Shown here in pieces: positions 11,819 to 25,930 of a DNA stretch of 64,000 nt (positions within the stretch are counted from its first letter, which is position 1; each line of letters begins with the position of its first letter). The notes beneath the pieces were generated by a model that ran no database searches, was not told the DNA's origin, and saw only the letters and a list, made by a program, of their open reading frames with translations. Position numbers and translations under genes: made by a program. The DNA comes from Felis catus (Eukaryota), in the NCBI RefSeq assembly GCF_018350175.1, contig NC_058368.1, positions 220,226,001 through 220,290,000 on the forward strand, given 5' to 3'.

Positions 11819-11861
<43 letters not shown>

Positions 11862-12457
11862 AATCCAATGAAACATGTGCAGAAGACAGAAACAGACATT
11901 TCTCCAAAGAAGATATACAGATGGATAACAAACACATGAAAATATATTCAACATCACTCATCATCAGGGAATTGCAAATCAAAACTACAATGAGATATCA
12001 CCTCACACTTGTCAGAATGGCTAAAATCAACAACACAAGAAACAACAAGTGGAAGGAAGTGGAGAAAAAGGAATCCTCTTGCACTGTTAGTGGGAATGCC
12101 AACTAGTGTATCCACTCTGGAAAACAGTATAGCATTTTCTCAAAAAGTTAAAAATAGAACTGCCCTATAATCAGGTAATTGCATTACTGGATATTTACTC
12201 CCCAAATACACGGACTCTCCCAAATCTTAATTATTAATAGCCTACTGTTGACCATAAGCTTTACTGATAACATAGTCAATTAACACATAGTTTGTATGTT
12301 ATTCTTATAATAAAGTAGGCTAGAAGAAAGAAAACATTATTAAGAAAATCATAAGGAAGACAAAATATGCCTACAGCACTGTACTGTATTTATTGGAAAA
12401 TATTCACATATAAGGAGATCAGCATAGTTCACATTCATGAAATTCAAGGGTCACCTG
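11219..12457. mobile_element. Tigger2-like non-autonomous DNA transposon split by an L1 (parts 11219-11304 and 12213-12457)
   Basis: Degenerate TIRs tagttggctattgaataa and ttcaagggtcacctg resemble Tigger2 cagttgacccttgaacaac; halves rejoin across the L1 TSD. Confidence 0.75.
11305..12212 (-). mobile_element. 5'-inverted carnivore L1: 3' end on minus (11305-~11800), inverted ORF2 C-terminal part on plus (~11803-12212), (CA)n at 11820-11858
   Basis: Plus part encodes ..[19 protein letters not shown]..; TSD gactccccaaaactt 11290-11304 and gactctcccaaatctt 12213-12228. Confidence 0.88.
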
Positions 12458-12944
12458 CATATGTATAATATTCTAAGTAAGTTACATTAATCCTCCAATT
12501 CAAAATCTTTCAAATTTGTGTAACAACTAAATTGAAACATGATGAAATAGATTTAACTAAATAATAGTAGAGTGAATGAAGAAATAGAGATTTGGAAAGG
12601 CTTCAGTGGTAATGTTTTAAAGAAACAAGTATTACTAATGTCAATTCTGAAAAGTCATAAAGAGAATTACGTTATTTAGGATTAATATCATTTCTTTACT
12701 GCACTCAATCACCCGAAGAAAGGTAGATCATTTCCATTAATTGATAAATGTGTATACAAAAAATGCTTCAAACTTAATAATACCCTGCTTGTTTATTAAA
12801 CTGGGGCCATGAATAGAAAAGTTGGCATTATTATCTATGCTTTATAAATTAATTATTAATATGTTTTTAAAAGTATTTAAGCCATTTTTAATACCTAGCT
12901 TCTCAGGCCATTTAATTTTAAAAATTAATCCTTAAAATTTGGGT

Positions 12945-13228
12945 TCTTTTTTTCCCTAACTTCAATTATTTTTTAATTTTTCTTTTAATTACAGTATAGT
13001 TAACCTACAGTGTTATATTAGATTGGGGTGTGCAACACAGTGGTTCAACACTTCCATACATCACCCTATGCTCCTCACAACTGCACTCCTTAATCCACAT
13101 CACCCATTTACCCATCCCCCACCCACCTCACCTCTGGTAATCATTATGTTCCTTATAGTTATGAGTCTGTTTTGTGATTTCTCTCTCCCTCTCTCTCTCT
13201 CTCTTTTCTTTGTGTTTTTTCTTAAATA
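12945..13228 (-). mobile_element. Short carnivore L1 3'-end fragment
   Basis: cagtatagttaacctacagtgttatattag motif shared with 11337-11366; TSD ccttaaaattt at 12929 and 13231. Confidence 0.85.
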
Positions 13229-13325
13229 GCCCTTAAAATTTTGAAAGAAAATTTCTTCTGTTATTCCCATCAGCTCTGTAATACTACACCATTTTTGTGT
13301 TCCAGGTATAAGTATGTGCAGTTGA

Positions 13326-13538
13326 TGGGCCGCCTGGATGGCTCAGTCGTTGAGAGCCCGACTTCGGCTCAGGTCATGATCTCGCGGTCCATGAGTTCGA
13401 GCCCCGCCTCGGGCTCTGTGCTGAGAGCTCAGAGCCTGGAACCTGTTTCAGATTTTGTGTCTCCCTCTCTCTCTGCCCCTCCCCTGCTCATACTCTGTCT
13501 GTCTCAAAAATAAATAAACATTAAAAAAATAAAATAAA
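13326..13538 (+). mobile_element. CanSINE
   Basis: TSD ataagtatgtgcag(t/a)tga at 13308-13325 and 13539-13556. Confidence 0.96.
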
Positions 13539-16500
13539 ATAAGTATGTGCAGATGACTCAAACTGTGCAAATAACCCTTAGTCTCATTAAGATGGGAAAG
13601 TTCAATAAAAAAAAAAAGACAATAAAAAACAGAAGGGAATGTTCAAGGTTGAAAACAATCCCCTCACTTCTTTTCTGCCTTCATTTTTAGTGACTTCTTT
13701 CTTGAAAATGACCTATGCTATAAATGGTGTGCGCCTGTTAGTATCATCTAATTCTACTTGTGGTATTTTAAGACCAAATAGAGAAAATAGTCATGATTCA
13801 ATGAAAAAGAACCTAACTAATATGATAAATAGAAGTTGGGCTGTGGCACATATTAAAGGAATTATTTATAAAGAAGAGAAGCTTAGATGTGACAAATTTG
13901 AGAAATTTCTGTGAAAAGATGTATCACTGTTTCTCTCTGGAGATATGTTACCAGATGTGAGAAAAGAGAATAATATGGGAGAAATTTAATGTGTAAAATA
14001 AATGAATTAATTGACCAAAATTATATTTAAAAACTGACTACAAAGGACATTTTAGAAAATTCAACTTTTACACAAAACTGAAGAAAACTCCCAAGGAGTT
14101 TAAGTGTGTGAGATAATGTAATGCTGTTCATGCTGGTGTTGTTCCTAATTTAGATAATGAGAGTGATCACTACCATTACTCCTTTGAAGTTGACCCCAAA
14201 TGTTTGCTTTTAGTAGTTTATAATAAAATTATAATAATAAAAATAGTAGTAGTACATGAGGATATATATTTGTTAATTATCAAATAATATAAGTTTTCTC
14301 TCTAGTAAACTTCAACATAGGAACCTGAAATTCCAAGTGAGTTAATTATGCAGGTAGGAATGGGCCTTGAAAAAGAGCCCCTGCAAGTCTGGTGAACATT
14401 TTTAGTCATTTATTGAAACCACATCCATTTATATAGAGCCATTCTTCTTTTTGAAGTTACACTACTTCTCATAAATATAGACATGGAAAGAAATATTAAA
14501 AAGTATTCAGAGTCCCACAGGATCGCGTTCATTTCAATCAAATAATTACTGTTTTCCTTGGAACCACAACTGATTTAAGTGATTCTCTAAGCAAAACTGT
14601 AAACAACTGATAAATAAATCCAAGTAACTTTACAAGAAGAATTTTAACCTATAGAAATGGATTTATCTTCATATCAGTTTATATTTCATCTTTCCCCAAG
14701 GAATACGTGGATCTTTTTGCTCTTTGCTATCTCAATTGGATTAAATATTTATTGCTACTGTGAGATAGCTAAGTTGCACAAAACTGTATTCATTAAAACT
14801 TAAAATAGCATCTCATATATTGATGAATTCCTCTTTCAAACATAGGCCTCCAGAAACAGATGAAAGGTTGATGTTTTACTATTGAAGGAATTGTAATCAC
14901 TGCTGCTCATTTGTAATGAGCGGTACCAGAAATGTAGAGATACTATGGAAGCTATCTCACCTAAAAAAAAAGGTTAGTGCTATTAAGAACATTATATTAA
15001 ATATTAAAATGAGTTATCACATTATTTCCGGTGTATCCTCTCAACTTAAACTCATCACTACCAAAAACATTAATCTTCAAAATTCCCCAATAACGTTAGA
15101 TCTTTCCCGAGTAGTAGTCCAAACAGAGAAAGCTGTTAATTAATTAACCAATGAGAGAGAGAAAGAAAAACATTGAAAACATGATGAATATATGAGACAA
15201 ATAATTGGTAAAATAGAGGAAGAGATGTTTAACAACTAAGAAGCAACACATGTTAAATTATCTGTATGAGTAACTTTTGCTTGGAAAAAAATAACATAAA
15301 GTTTAAATGTCTTTCTATAAAAACTATTTTCCACACACAGGCCTGAAGTTCAGTTGTGGTTTGACTGATTTTGGTAGGCTAGGCATACTGACATGCACAG
15401 CATCAATGGGACAGAGATAATACTCTGCCTACAGTTGGAGTCACTGAAAAATTCATACCTCTGATGAAGGGGTGTGCTATTATAAAGAAGTAAAACAAAA
15501 GGGAGTGATAATCCAATCTAGTACATCACTACTATAACTCAAAGGATAGCATGGAACTAAGAGATTTCGAATTCTTTTGTATGATTCTTTCTTTAGTTTC
15601 AAAATGTACAAAGTACATAATTCTGTGTGTTCTGGAGTAAATGCATTTTAACTAATTCATGACCTAAAAATCAAACTAATGCCTTAGCTTATCAACTGAC
15701 CATATGTTTCTTCAGAACAAAGAAATTAGTCATTTCTGTTCACATCACCTACATTGGTCATCATTGTAAAGAATTCCTCTCCATAATTATTTAACTGTAA
15801 GTATGAATAATGATTCTGTTGGAGTATATGCATTTAAATCCCCAGAGAGTAAAACAATGATTTATGTCTTGCTGTATCTTGTGGAGTAACTATAAATAGC
15901 TACAGAAACTTTAGGTATGGACAGGTGGGTGTTTGTCATGGATGAATGTCTTGCTCAACAGACCATAAGAACAAATTAAAAACTACATTTTACAGTTTTA
16001 GTTATCATATCGATTTTCCAGGCTTGCAGCTAACAACACCCAGAGGAATCAGATACTCTTGCGTGTATTGTGCTTAAAAAAAATACTCAAAAAACAAAAC
16101 CAAAAGTCCCGCTTTCAGTAATGCTGGCCCAAAATTGCCAAATGCCAATTAATCTTCTATGCAGATGAGGTGGAGAAATTATCTGTTAGTTTTAGGATTT
16201 GGCATATAGTTTTTTTGAAATCTTCTAGAAAAAAAATATAAGACAATGTGTTTCACAATTTACAATTAGGATGGCCCTGCCAGTACCCAAAGTTGTCATA
16301 TTAAAAACTGAACCCACCCGCTTAGAACAGTTCATTGTACTTAAGAGTCAAAGTCTGCCATTATACACATGTGAATTTGGGACCCAGGTAACCCAATTAT
16401 TCATTAAGAAAAACTAGGACAGTTATATTTCTTCTGTTTCACTTACAACTGGAAGAGTCCCATTGATAGTAAACAGAGGTGAGGATGAAAAGAAAATATA

Positions 16501-17398
16501 TATTGAATAATGTAAAGATTTAACATGGTGTCTGGTACATACAAAGGTCACTATTTATTGCTCGATTATTTTGCTCGTTGAGGTCTTACTGAAGATTTAT
16601 CACATAGTAGGCCCTGTCTAGTTATGGAAAGGTGTATTCTTCACAAATCCCTTTGAATTAGCTACAGTAACCATCCCTATTTTAAATATTTTGGAGATGA
16701 AGCATGAGGCTCACACATTTGTATACAGACACACCAAAACTGAACCCAGCAACCTGTCTTTAACCACTAATTATCTGTTCTTGTTGCCTAGAATAAAATA
16801 TTATCACTGAATATTCTCTTTCAGCAATTATGACATATATACCTATATAGTTTTTATCCATTGCATACAAGTAGCCATTATGCATTTAGTGTAGGCAATA
16901 AACTCTTTGTGTGGTTTTGTGTTTAGTGTGTGATTATTCCAGAAGATATGCATTGGCTTAACTTTATAAATGAGTAAAATTTTCAATTAGGTGACAAATC
17001 ATATGTAAACTAAGTAGCCACAGATATTGCTGATCAGAACTCATTCATCTGACATAGTACCTGCTTTCTAAATTTAGACATTCAGCATTTTTGAAGGAAT
17101 AATACGTAGTTATTATTTGCTTTCATAAAGATTCATTTGTAAGTTTTACTCCATGTGTTATAACCCATTAGTATCATTATTCTTTTTGAGGTTCAAATTG
17201 TCTCAAATTTGGCCAATGTAAGCTCCTTCCAGCTGGTGCCAGAGTTCCTCTGTCATGTTCCCATCTGGCATTTTCAGAATACTTAGCAGGCTAAATTTGA
17301 AACTCTGTGGAGAAAAAATGATATTTTCTAACACATTTATTACACTAAAGGACTCAAAATGTCAAAAAAAAAAAAAGAAAAACAAACCCCACACTATT

Positions 17399-17630
17399 GA
17401 GGTGTCTGGATGGGTCCACTGGGTAAGCGTTGGACTCTTGATTTTGGCTCAGGTCATGATCTCACGGTTCATGAGTTCAAGCCCTGCATCAGGCTGTTAG
17501 TGACAGCACAGAGCCTGCTTAGGAGCCTCTCTCTTCCTCCCCTTCTACCCCTCCCCTGCTCATAATTGATCTCTCTAAATAAATAAACAAGTAAATAAAC
17601 AAAAAAACTAAATAAATAAACATTTAAAAA
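17399..17630 (+). mobile_element. CanSINE (older subfamily)
   Basis: SINE body, (TAAA)n tail. Confidence 0.92.
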
Positions 17631-17938
17631 AGCACATTATTGCCATAGAAAGTAAGACTTTAAATTAATTGCCCTAGTTACTATATATTCTTAATATTGC
17701 TGCAGTGATGTGAAGAAAACATTACTACTGATGATGATAAATAATACAAGTTTAGGTGAAATATTACTCTTATTTCACTTCACCTAAAAACATGAATTAT
17801 TATTTCCAGCAGAGAATATTGAAATATTGAAGAAAGAATGATCTCTTTTTAAAAATTCAGAGATAATATTTAGGTTAACATTGCTTCTACAGAAAAAATA
17901 TATTTGCATTCTTGTTTTTCAAAAAATTAAGGTTGATT

Positions 17939-18108
17939 GGGATGCCTGAGTGGCTTAGTAGGTTAAGCATCTGACTCGGTTTCAGTTCAGGTCATGATCT
18001 CAGGGTTGTGGGCTCCATGCTGAGCTTGGATCCTGCTTAACATTCTCTCTCTTCCTCTGCCCTTTTCCCCTGCTCATGCTCATTCTAAAATTAAAAAAAG
18101 AAAAAAAA
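17939..18108 (+). mobile_element. CanSINE (older, internally deleted)
   Basis: SINE body; TSD taag(g/a)ttg(a/g)tt. Confidence 0.9.
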
Positions 18109-18381
18109 ACTAAGATTGGTTATAATAACTATACCTTATCAAATTAGACTCTGCTATAAGAAAAATTTCCACTGATAATTTGAAAGTGTGTATTTTTATC
18201 AATACTATTTACCATGTACACATTATTTAAAGTAGGATTTTCATCCTTGGCCTGCTTGAAAACAAAATAAATAAAAAGGTTCAATGGAATTGCAAATATA
18301 TGTGTATTTTTTTCTCTATAAATCATAGTTAGTACCATGAGTAAAATATCACCAATATTTTATTTTCCAAACTTTGTCCAT

Positions 18382-18785
18382 TGTCTGGGAGACTGCTCTG
18401 CCAGAATCACCTAGGTTCACATGTGCAGCCACATTCATCTGGTGGATATGCCAGAGCTGGAGGGTCGAAGGTGACCTCACCCATAAGCATCATTAACCAT
18501 AAAATATGAGATTCCAGGGGACAAATTTGTTACATCATCTCTGCGGTCTATACACTCCATGCTTCTCAATTTCCTGTAGAACATATATGAAATTCTTACA
18601 AAGAAGAGTAAACCCTAGAGTGTTTTGTCTTCTATTGCACTCTTTCCTATTGTTTTGTTGTTATTGTCGTTGTTGTTTTTGTTGTTTTACTGTGCTATGT
18701 TCTTTTCTATTCTGTTATGCTCTATGTCCTTATTTACAAAAACAAGTTCTAGGTGAAATCCAGTAACTTGGTCTCCTGTCTCACT
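18382..18785 (+). mobile_element. Possible old ERV LTR relic
   Basis: Higher GC, tg start and an LTR-like U5 end (gttctaggtgaaatccagtaacttggtc); family not recognised. Confidence 0.3.
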
Positions 18786-19619
18786 AACCGGCAAAAAGAA
18801 AAAAATATATAAATCTAACAAATGCTAACATTAAGGAGGTAGACATCCGTCATATTCTTGTACATATCCTCATTAAAGGAGTATGCTATCTTTGAAAAGG
18901 CCTGGTGACATATAAGTTTTATGGAGGCACTGAAGAAAGAGCAAAATGAAATCATATCAGGCAATGGTATATTCATTTAATATTATCCCATTATAACAGC
19001 TCAAGTTGATAGTGGAGAGAGGGTAAAAAATTGAAGAATTCTTAGGAGGTCATTTCCTATTCTATTTCATTATGAGATCCCTGAGCATGTACTTATATGA
19101 TACCTTATAATATACCTGTATATTATACAAAACCATCTATTAATACCTTAGCACATTAGTGATTCTCCTTTTTCCCTATTTTGGAAGGCCCAACTCTTGC
19201 TTGAATGTGCTCAGGTTTATTCTTAATAACTCATCACTGAGTAGGAATCACACATGAGACAGGTAATTGCACTTCTTTCTTTTAGGTAATAATCAGGCTT
19301 CTGTATACATATTTTTCTACTGGTATGCCATTGTTATATGTGGACAGGTATTTGCTCTGTTCTTTGTATTTGCTCTGTTCTTTGATAATCACCTTAATAT
19401 CCATCAGTTTGTGTCCAAGTGTGTGAAAATGATATTATATATGCTTTGGATGATAAAATTATGTAAAATTGCAGGTATTTTTAATATATTTTATAAGGTG
19501 ATTCAGTTCCTTATGTACATTTCATTGTACATTTCTCATGCCTTATGTATGACTGAATATTAAAAATATATTTAGAGCTACATTTATATATTTTATTCTC
19601 CATAAAATAATAGCTACAC

Positions 19620-19685
19620 TTTTTATTTATTTCATTTTTTTAAGTTTTTTTTTAATTTTATATAGAGCATGCAAGCGGGGGGGGG

Positions 19686-19733
<48 letters not shown>

Positions 19734-19852
19734 CTCAAGCAGTTTCCATGCTCAGTGTAAGACCGATGTGCTCTGATTCCACACCCCAGAATTATGACCT
19801 GAGCCAGATTCAAGAGTTGGATGCTCAACTGACTAAGCCACCCAGGCACCCC
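19620..19852 (-). mobile_element. CanSINE with expanded (GA)n and G-run
   Basis: TSD a(t/c)agctac(a/c)ctttt. Confidence 0.93.
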
Positions 19853-20482
19853 ACAGCTACCCTTTTTTAAATGAAGAGTCTGCATCTAGAACAGAGAATA
19901 TAGGCTTAATAAAACATTGATGAGTCTTTTGTGATAGATGTTTGAGGGGGTAGATGTTAAGGTGATTTACCAAGTGATGGACTTTGAAAGGACTGTGGAT
20001 ATATCATAAAAATGGCAGGCCCACCAATATAGCCCAAACAATCTCGTATGAAGTCACACTTCATATGAAGTGAAGTAAATAATAAGAAATGAAGTCAGTA
20101 AATAATAAGAGAAAAATATTAAGTAATACTTTTCTATTTATTTCAAATATCTACCTGAAAACATAACCATATGAATCACAAATTTTTACTTTACTATAGG
20201 AATTTGTGTACCTTTTTGTCATCACCTTTCTATAGAAAAAGAGGAGTTCTAATCAGTCTGCAGTGGGAAGTACCAAAGTTCTCTTTCTGGCCTCATTTTT
20301 CCTTAATTCCTGGCCTATATACATGATGGGGAATATGGTGGGTGAGCCTGCTTAGAAAATGACATCAATTAAGCTATTACATTGAGCCAGTAAATGAGGG
20401 AAACATGGGATCTAATTGTCACGTATGAAATGTGGGATCTAATGGAGATCTAAGAGATGCTTCTGAATATGCAGAGAAATTT

Positions 20483-20492
20483 CACACACACA

Positions 20493-20545
<53 letters not shown>
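20483..20545. repeat. Compound (CA)n(CT)n microsatellite
   Basis: Direct reading. Confidence 0.95.
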
Positions 20546-20546
<1 letters not shown>

Positions 20547-21374
20547 TATTCATTTCTTTGGGTGGAGTGAATACATTCATATTTCCTATAGATTTAACCA
20601 AAACATTTAATATTTTTAGCTTAAGCTTTAACATTCCCACACCCATGTTAAACAAGTCTGAATTTGAATAAATAATAGACACAGAAAGAGCAAATATTAT
20701 ATATAAGTGCAATCCTTTTCTGTAATATAACCAAAACTCCTGGATTTGGGACTTTTGAAAACACTTGTCTTGTTTCAAAAATGGTAGTTATTAGTATCAC
20801 TAAACTCTCAAATTCTGTGTTAGTCTCTAATACAAGAAATTGAAATGCTTAATTTTTTTTCAAAATATTTAAATTGTATAGTATCTATAGGAATACCAAT
20901 TTTATTAGTAGAAAAGAAATAAATATGATTTTAACTCTTAAATATATCCATTCCTATGATTAACAGGAATATCTGTGAAACTTATTTTGGTAGGTGGGTT
21001 AGCAAAATCGTAGTAAACATACTATAATTATAATCAGCAAGGAAGCAGATAAAGGTAATTTGCAATTTATCTCTCTGAATGGTACAGGTGTACAAATTTT
21101 AATTGTTATAATTGGAATTAATTTAGAACTGAGCAATTGTATGTCTTCTTATTGATATGAAATAATTCATATGGAAATTTTTATCTGCTATAAAAATCAC
21201 AGATTGATCTCATATTTACAACTTTCTTTTCTTTTTAGCGATCAAAAAACATTTGTATGGGGATACATAAGAGTGTTACTTAATTAGTACTTTCACAGTC
21301 TGAGAACGGAAGAAATGTATTATATGGCACAAAAGTTCAGAGGAAAAGGCTGACTTTGAAAGTAGATGTGTTTG

Positions 21375-21874
21375 TGTGTGTGTGTTTGTGTGTGTGTATG
21401 TGTGTGGGTTTGCATGTTCCTTTTTTATTATTTAAATCCAAGTTAGTTAACATATAGTGTAATAATGATTTCAGGAGTATAAGTTAGTGATTCATCACTT
21501 ACATATCACACCCTCCTTAATGCCCATCATCTATTTAGCCCATCTCTCCACCCCAAATCCCTCCAAACCTGTTTGTTCTCTGTATTTAAGAGTCTCTTAT
21601 GGTTTGTCTCACTCTCTGTTTTTATTTTTGCTTCTTTTCCCCTATGTTCATCTGTTTTGTTGCCTAAATTCTACCTATGAGTGAAATCATAAATTGTCTT
21701 TCTCTGACTTATCTTACTTAGCATAATATACTCTAGTTCCATCCATGTTGTTGCAAATGGCAAGATTCCATTCTTTTGAATGCTGAGTAATATTCCATTG
21801 TGTATGTGTGCATGTGTGTGCGTGTGTGTGTGTGTATGGATATATATATATGTGTATATATATATGTATATATT

Positions 21875-21920
<46 letters not shown>

Positions 21921-23180
21921 ACATTTTCTTTATTCATCAATCAATGGACATTTGGGCTCCTCCAATAATTTGGCTATTGTCGATAATACTGCTATAAACA
22001 TTGGAGTGCATGTACCTCTTCAAATAAACATTTTGTATCCTTTGGATAAATACCTAGTAGTGCAATTGCTGAGTCATAGGGTAGTTCTATTTTTTAATTT
22101 TTTGAGGACTCTCCATACTGTTGTCCAGAGTGACTACACCAGTTTGCATTCCCACCAACAGCGTGAAACGGTTCCCCTTTCTCTGCGTCCTCACCAACAT
22201 CTGTTATTTCCTGAGTTGTTAATGTTAGCCATTCTGACAGGTGTGAGGTGGTATCTCATTGTGGTTTTGATTTGTATCTCCCTGATGACTGAGTGATAGT
22301 GAGCATCTTTTCATGTGTCTGTTAGCCACCTGGATGTCTTCTTTGGAAAAGTGTCTATTCTTGCCTTTTTCCCATTTCTTCACTGGATTATTTGGTTTGG
22401 GATGTTTAGTTGGATGAGTTCTTTATAGATTTTGGATACTAACCCTTTATCTGATATCTCATTTGCAAATATCTTCTCCCATTCTCTTGGTTGCCTTTTA
22501 TTTTTTCTGATTGTTTCCTTCACTGTGCAGAAGCTTTTTATCTTGATGAGGTCCCAATAGTTCATTTTTGCTTTTATTTCCCTGGCCTCCAGGGACATGT
22601 CAAGTAAGAAGCTGCTGTGGCTGAGGCCAAAGGGGTTGCTGCTGTTTCCTCCTCTAGGATTTTGATGGCTTCCTGTCTTAGTTCTTTCATCTATGTTGAG
22701 TTTATTGTTGTGTGTGGTATAGGAAACTAGTCCAGGTTCATTTTTCTGCATGTGACTGTCCAGTTTTGCAATACCATTTGCTGAGAAGACTGTCTTTTCC
22801 ATTGGATACTCTTTCCTTCTTTGGCAAACGTTAGTTGGTATACATTTGTGGGTCCATTTCTGGGTTTTCTATTCTGTTCCACTGATCTATGTGTCTGTTT
22901 TGTGTCACTACCATACTGTCTTGATTACTACAGCTTTGCAATACAGCTTGAAGTCTGGAATTGTGATATCTCCAGCTTTGCTTTTCTTTTTCAACATTAC
23001 TTTGGCTATGCAGGGTCTTTTCTTTTCCATACAAATTTTAGAATTGTTTATTATAGTTTTGTGAAAAATGCTAGTAGTACTTTGATAGAGATTGCATGAA
23101 TACACACATTGCTTTGGGTAGTATTGACATTTTAACAATATTTGTTCTTCCTAACCATGAGCATGGAATATTTTTCTATT

Positions 23181-23221
<41 letters not shown>

Positions 23222-24499
23222 TCTTCAGATTTTTTCATGAGCTTTCTATAGTTTTCACTTTGTAGATTTTTCACCTCTTTGGTGAATTGGTTAGATTTAT
23301 TCCCAGGTATTTTATGGGTTTTGGTGCAATGGTAAATGAGATAGATTCCTTGCTTTCTGCTGCTTCGTTATTGGTGTGGTGGTGCATTTCTAATGCAACA
23401 CATTTCTGTACATTGATTTTATATCCTGCAATTCATGTATCAGCTCTACCAGTTTTTTTCTTTTTTTTTTGGTGTAATGTTTTGGGTTTTCCACATAGAG
23501 TATCATGTTTTCTGTAAAGAGTGAAAGTTTGACTTCCTCCTTGTTGATGTGGATGCCTTTTATTTCTTTTTGTTGTCTGATTGCTGAGGAGAGGATCTCC
23601 AACAACATGTTGAATAACAGTGGTAAGAATGTGCATCCCTGTCTCATTCCTGACCTTAGGGGGAAAGCTGTCTGTTTTTCCCACTGAGGATGACATCAAC
23701 TGTGAGTCTTTCATATATGGCCTTTATGATGTTGAGGTATGCTCCTTCTAACCCTACTTTCTTGAGGGTGTTTATCCAGAAAGGATGCTGTATTTTTTCA
23801 AATGCTTTTTTCTGCATCTATTGAGGGGATCATGTGGTTCCTTTCCTTTCCTTTATTAATGTGATATATCCCCCTGATTGATTTGTAGATATTGAACCAG
23901 CCCTGAAACCCAGGAATAAATCCCACTAAATCATGGTGAATAATTCTTTTAATGTATTGTTGGATCTGTTTTGCCAGAATCTTGTTGAGAATTTTTGCAT
24001 CCATGTTAATCAGGGAAGTTGGTCTGTAGTTCTCTTTCTTGGTGGGATCTCTTTCTGGTTTTGTAATCAATGTAACGCTGGCCTTGTAGAATGAGTTTGG
24101 AAGTTTTCCTTTCATTTCTATTTTTTGGAACAACTTCAAAAGAATAGGTGTTAACTCTTCTTTAAAAGTTTGGTATAATTCCCCTGGAAAGCCATCTGGC
24201 CCTGGACTCTAGTTTGTAGGGAGATTTTTTATTGTTAATTAAATTTCTATATTGGTTATGGGTCTGTTCAAATTTTCTATTTCTTCCTCTTTTAGTTTTG
24301 GTGGATTATAAATTTGGCATTTGTCCATTTCTTCCAGATTGCCCAATTTGTTTGCATATAATTGCTCATAATATTGTCTTATTATTGTATCTATTTCTGT
24401 GGTATTGGTTGTGATCTCTCCTATTTTATACACGATTTAATTTAGTTGGGTTCTTTCCTTTTTCTTTTTGATCAATGTGGCTAGGGGTAATCAATTTTA
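21375..24499 (-). mobile_element. Carnivore L1, non-inverted 3' portion (degraded ORF2 RT and C-terminal region plus 3' UTR), with (TG)n/(TA)n tracts at 21800-21917 and 23183-23219
   Basis: Minus-strand ORF fragments match ORF2 ([69 protein letters not shown]); many stops and frameshifts. Confidence 0.95.
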
Positions 24500-25930
24500 T
24501 GAAGGGAGCAGGGGGGAAAATGTCCCTAACCAGCATGGGAAGACAGAAGAGGTTCACAGCAGATCTGTCCACAGAAACTTGGCCAGCCAGAAAGGAGTGG
24601 CAGGATATATTCAATGTGCTGAATTGGAAAAAATATGCAGTCAAGGCTGCAATTCTTTATCCAGCAAGGCTGTCCTTCAAAATAGAAGGGGAAATAGTTT
24701 CCCAGACAAAAACTAAAGGAGTTTGTGATCACTAAACCAGCCCTGCAAGAAATTTTAAGCAGACTCTTTGAGTGGAGAAAAGACAAAACAAAACAAAAAT
24801 GGCCAAAAGCAACAAAGACTAGAAAGGACCAGAGAACATCAACAGAAACACCAACTCTACAGGTAACACAATAGCATTAAATTCATATCTTTCAATAAAC
24901 ACTTTAAATATAAGTGGACTAAATGCCCCAACAAAGGCATAGGGTATCAGACTGGATAAGAAAATAAGACCTATCTATATGCTGCCTTCAAGAGACTTAC
25001 TTTAGACCTAAAGACAACTGCAGATTGAAAGTAAGGGGATGGAGAACCACCTATCATGCTAATGGATGTCAAAAGAAAGCTAGAGTAGCCATACTTATAT
25101 CAGACAAACTGGATTTTAAAATAAAGACTATAACAGGAGATGAAGAAGGGCATTATATCATAATTAAGGTGTCTATCCACCAAGATCTAACAATGGTAAA
25201 CATTTAGGCCCCCAACTTGAAAGCACCCAAATATAAATCAATTTATCACATACATAAAAAACTCATTGAGGGGTGCCTGGGTAGCTCAGTCGGATGAGCA
25301 TCCGACTTCAGCTCAGGTCATAATTTCATGGTTCGTGAGTTCAAGCCCCACATCGGTCTCTGTGCTGACAGCTCAGAGCCTGGAGCCTGCTTCAGATTCT
25401 GTGTCTCCCTCTCTCACTGACCCTCCCCTGCTCGCTCTCTGCCTCTCTCTCTCTCAAAATAAATAAACATTAAAAGTTAAAAAAAAACCCTCACTGATAA
25501 TAATACAACAATAGTAAGGGACTTCAAAACCTCACTTACAGCAATCATCTAAGCAGAAAATCAACAAAGAAACAATGGCTTTGAATGACAAACTGGACCA
25601 GATGGACTTAACAGATATAGTCAGAACATTTCATCCTAATGCAACAGAATACACATTCTCCTCCAGTGCACATGGAAATTTCTCCAGAATAGATCACATG
25701 CTGGGTCATAAATCAGCCCTCACTAAATGCAAAAAAGATCAAGATCATACCATACATATTTTCAAACCACAACACTATAAAACTTGAAATCAACCACAAG
25801 AAAATAATTTGGAAAGACCATGAATACTTGGAGATTAAAAACTATCTTACTAAAGAATGAATGAGTTAACCAAGAAATTGAAGAGGAAATTCAAAAGTAC
25901 GTGAACGACAATGAAAATGAAAACATGACA
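24500..25930 (+). mobile_element. Inverted 5' portion of the same L1 (ORF1 C-terminus and ORF2 endonuclease)
   Basis: TADLSTETWPARKEWQDIFNVL (ORF1); [14 protein letters not shown] and FSRIDHMLGHK (EN); candidate TSD agtagat(at)gtgttt at 21361 and 25930. Confidence 0.92.
25270..25487 (+). mobile_element. CanSINE nested in L1
   Basis: SINE body; TSD ctca(t/c)tga; L1 EN sequence resumes afterwards. Confidence 0.95.

Noticed and set aside
21671..22296. Overlapping ORFs rich in YI/CV/HT repeats
   Set aside because: Produced by (TA)n/(TG)n microsatellites and antisense L1 sequence
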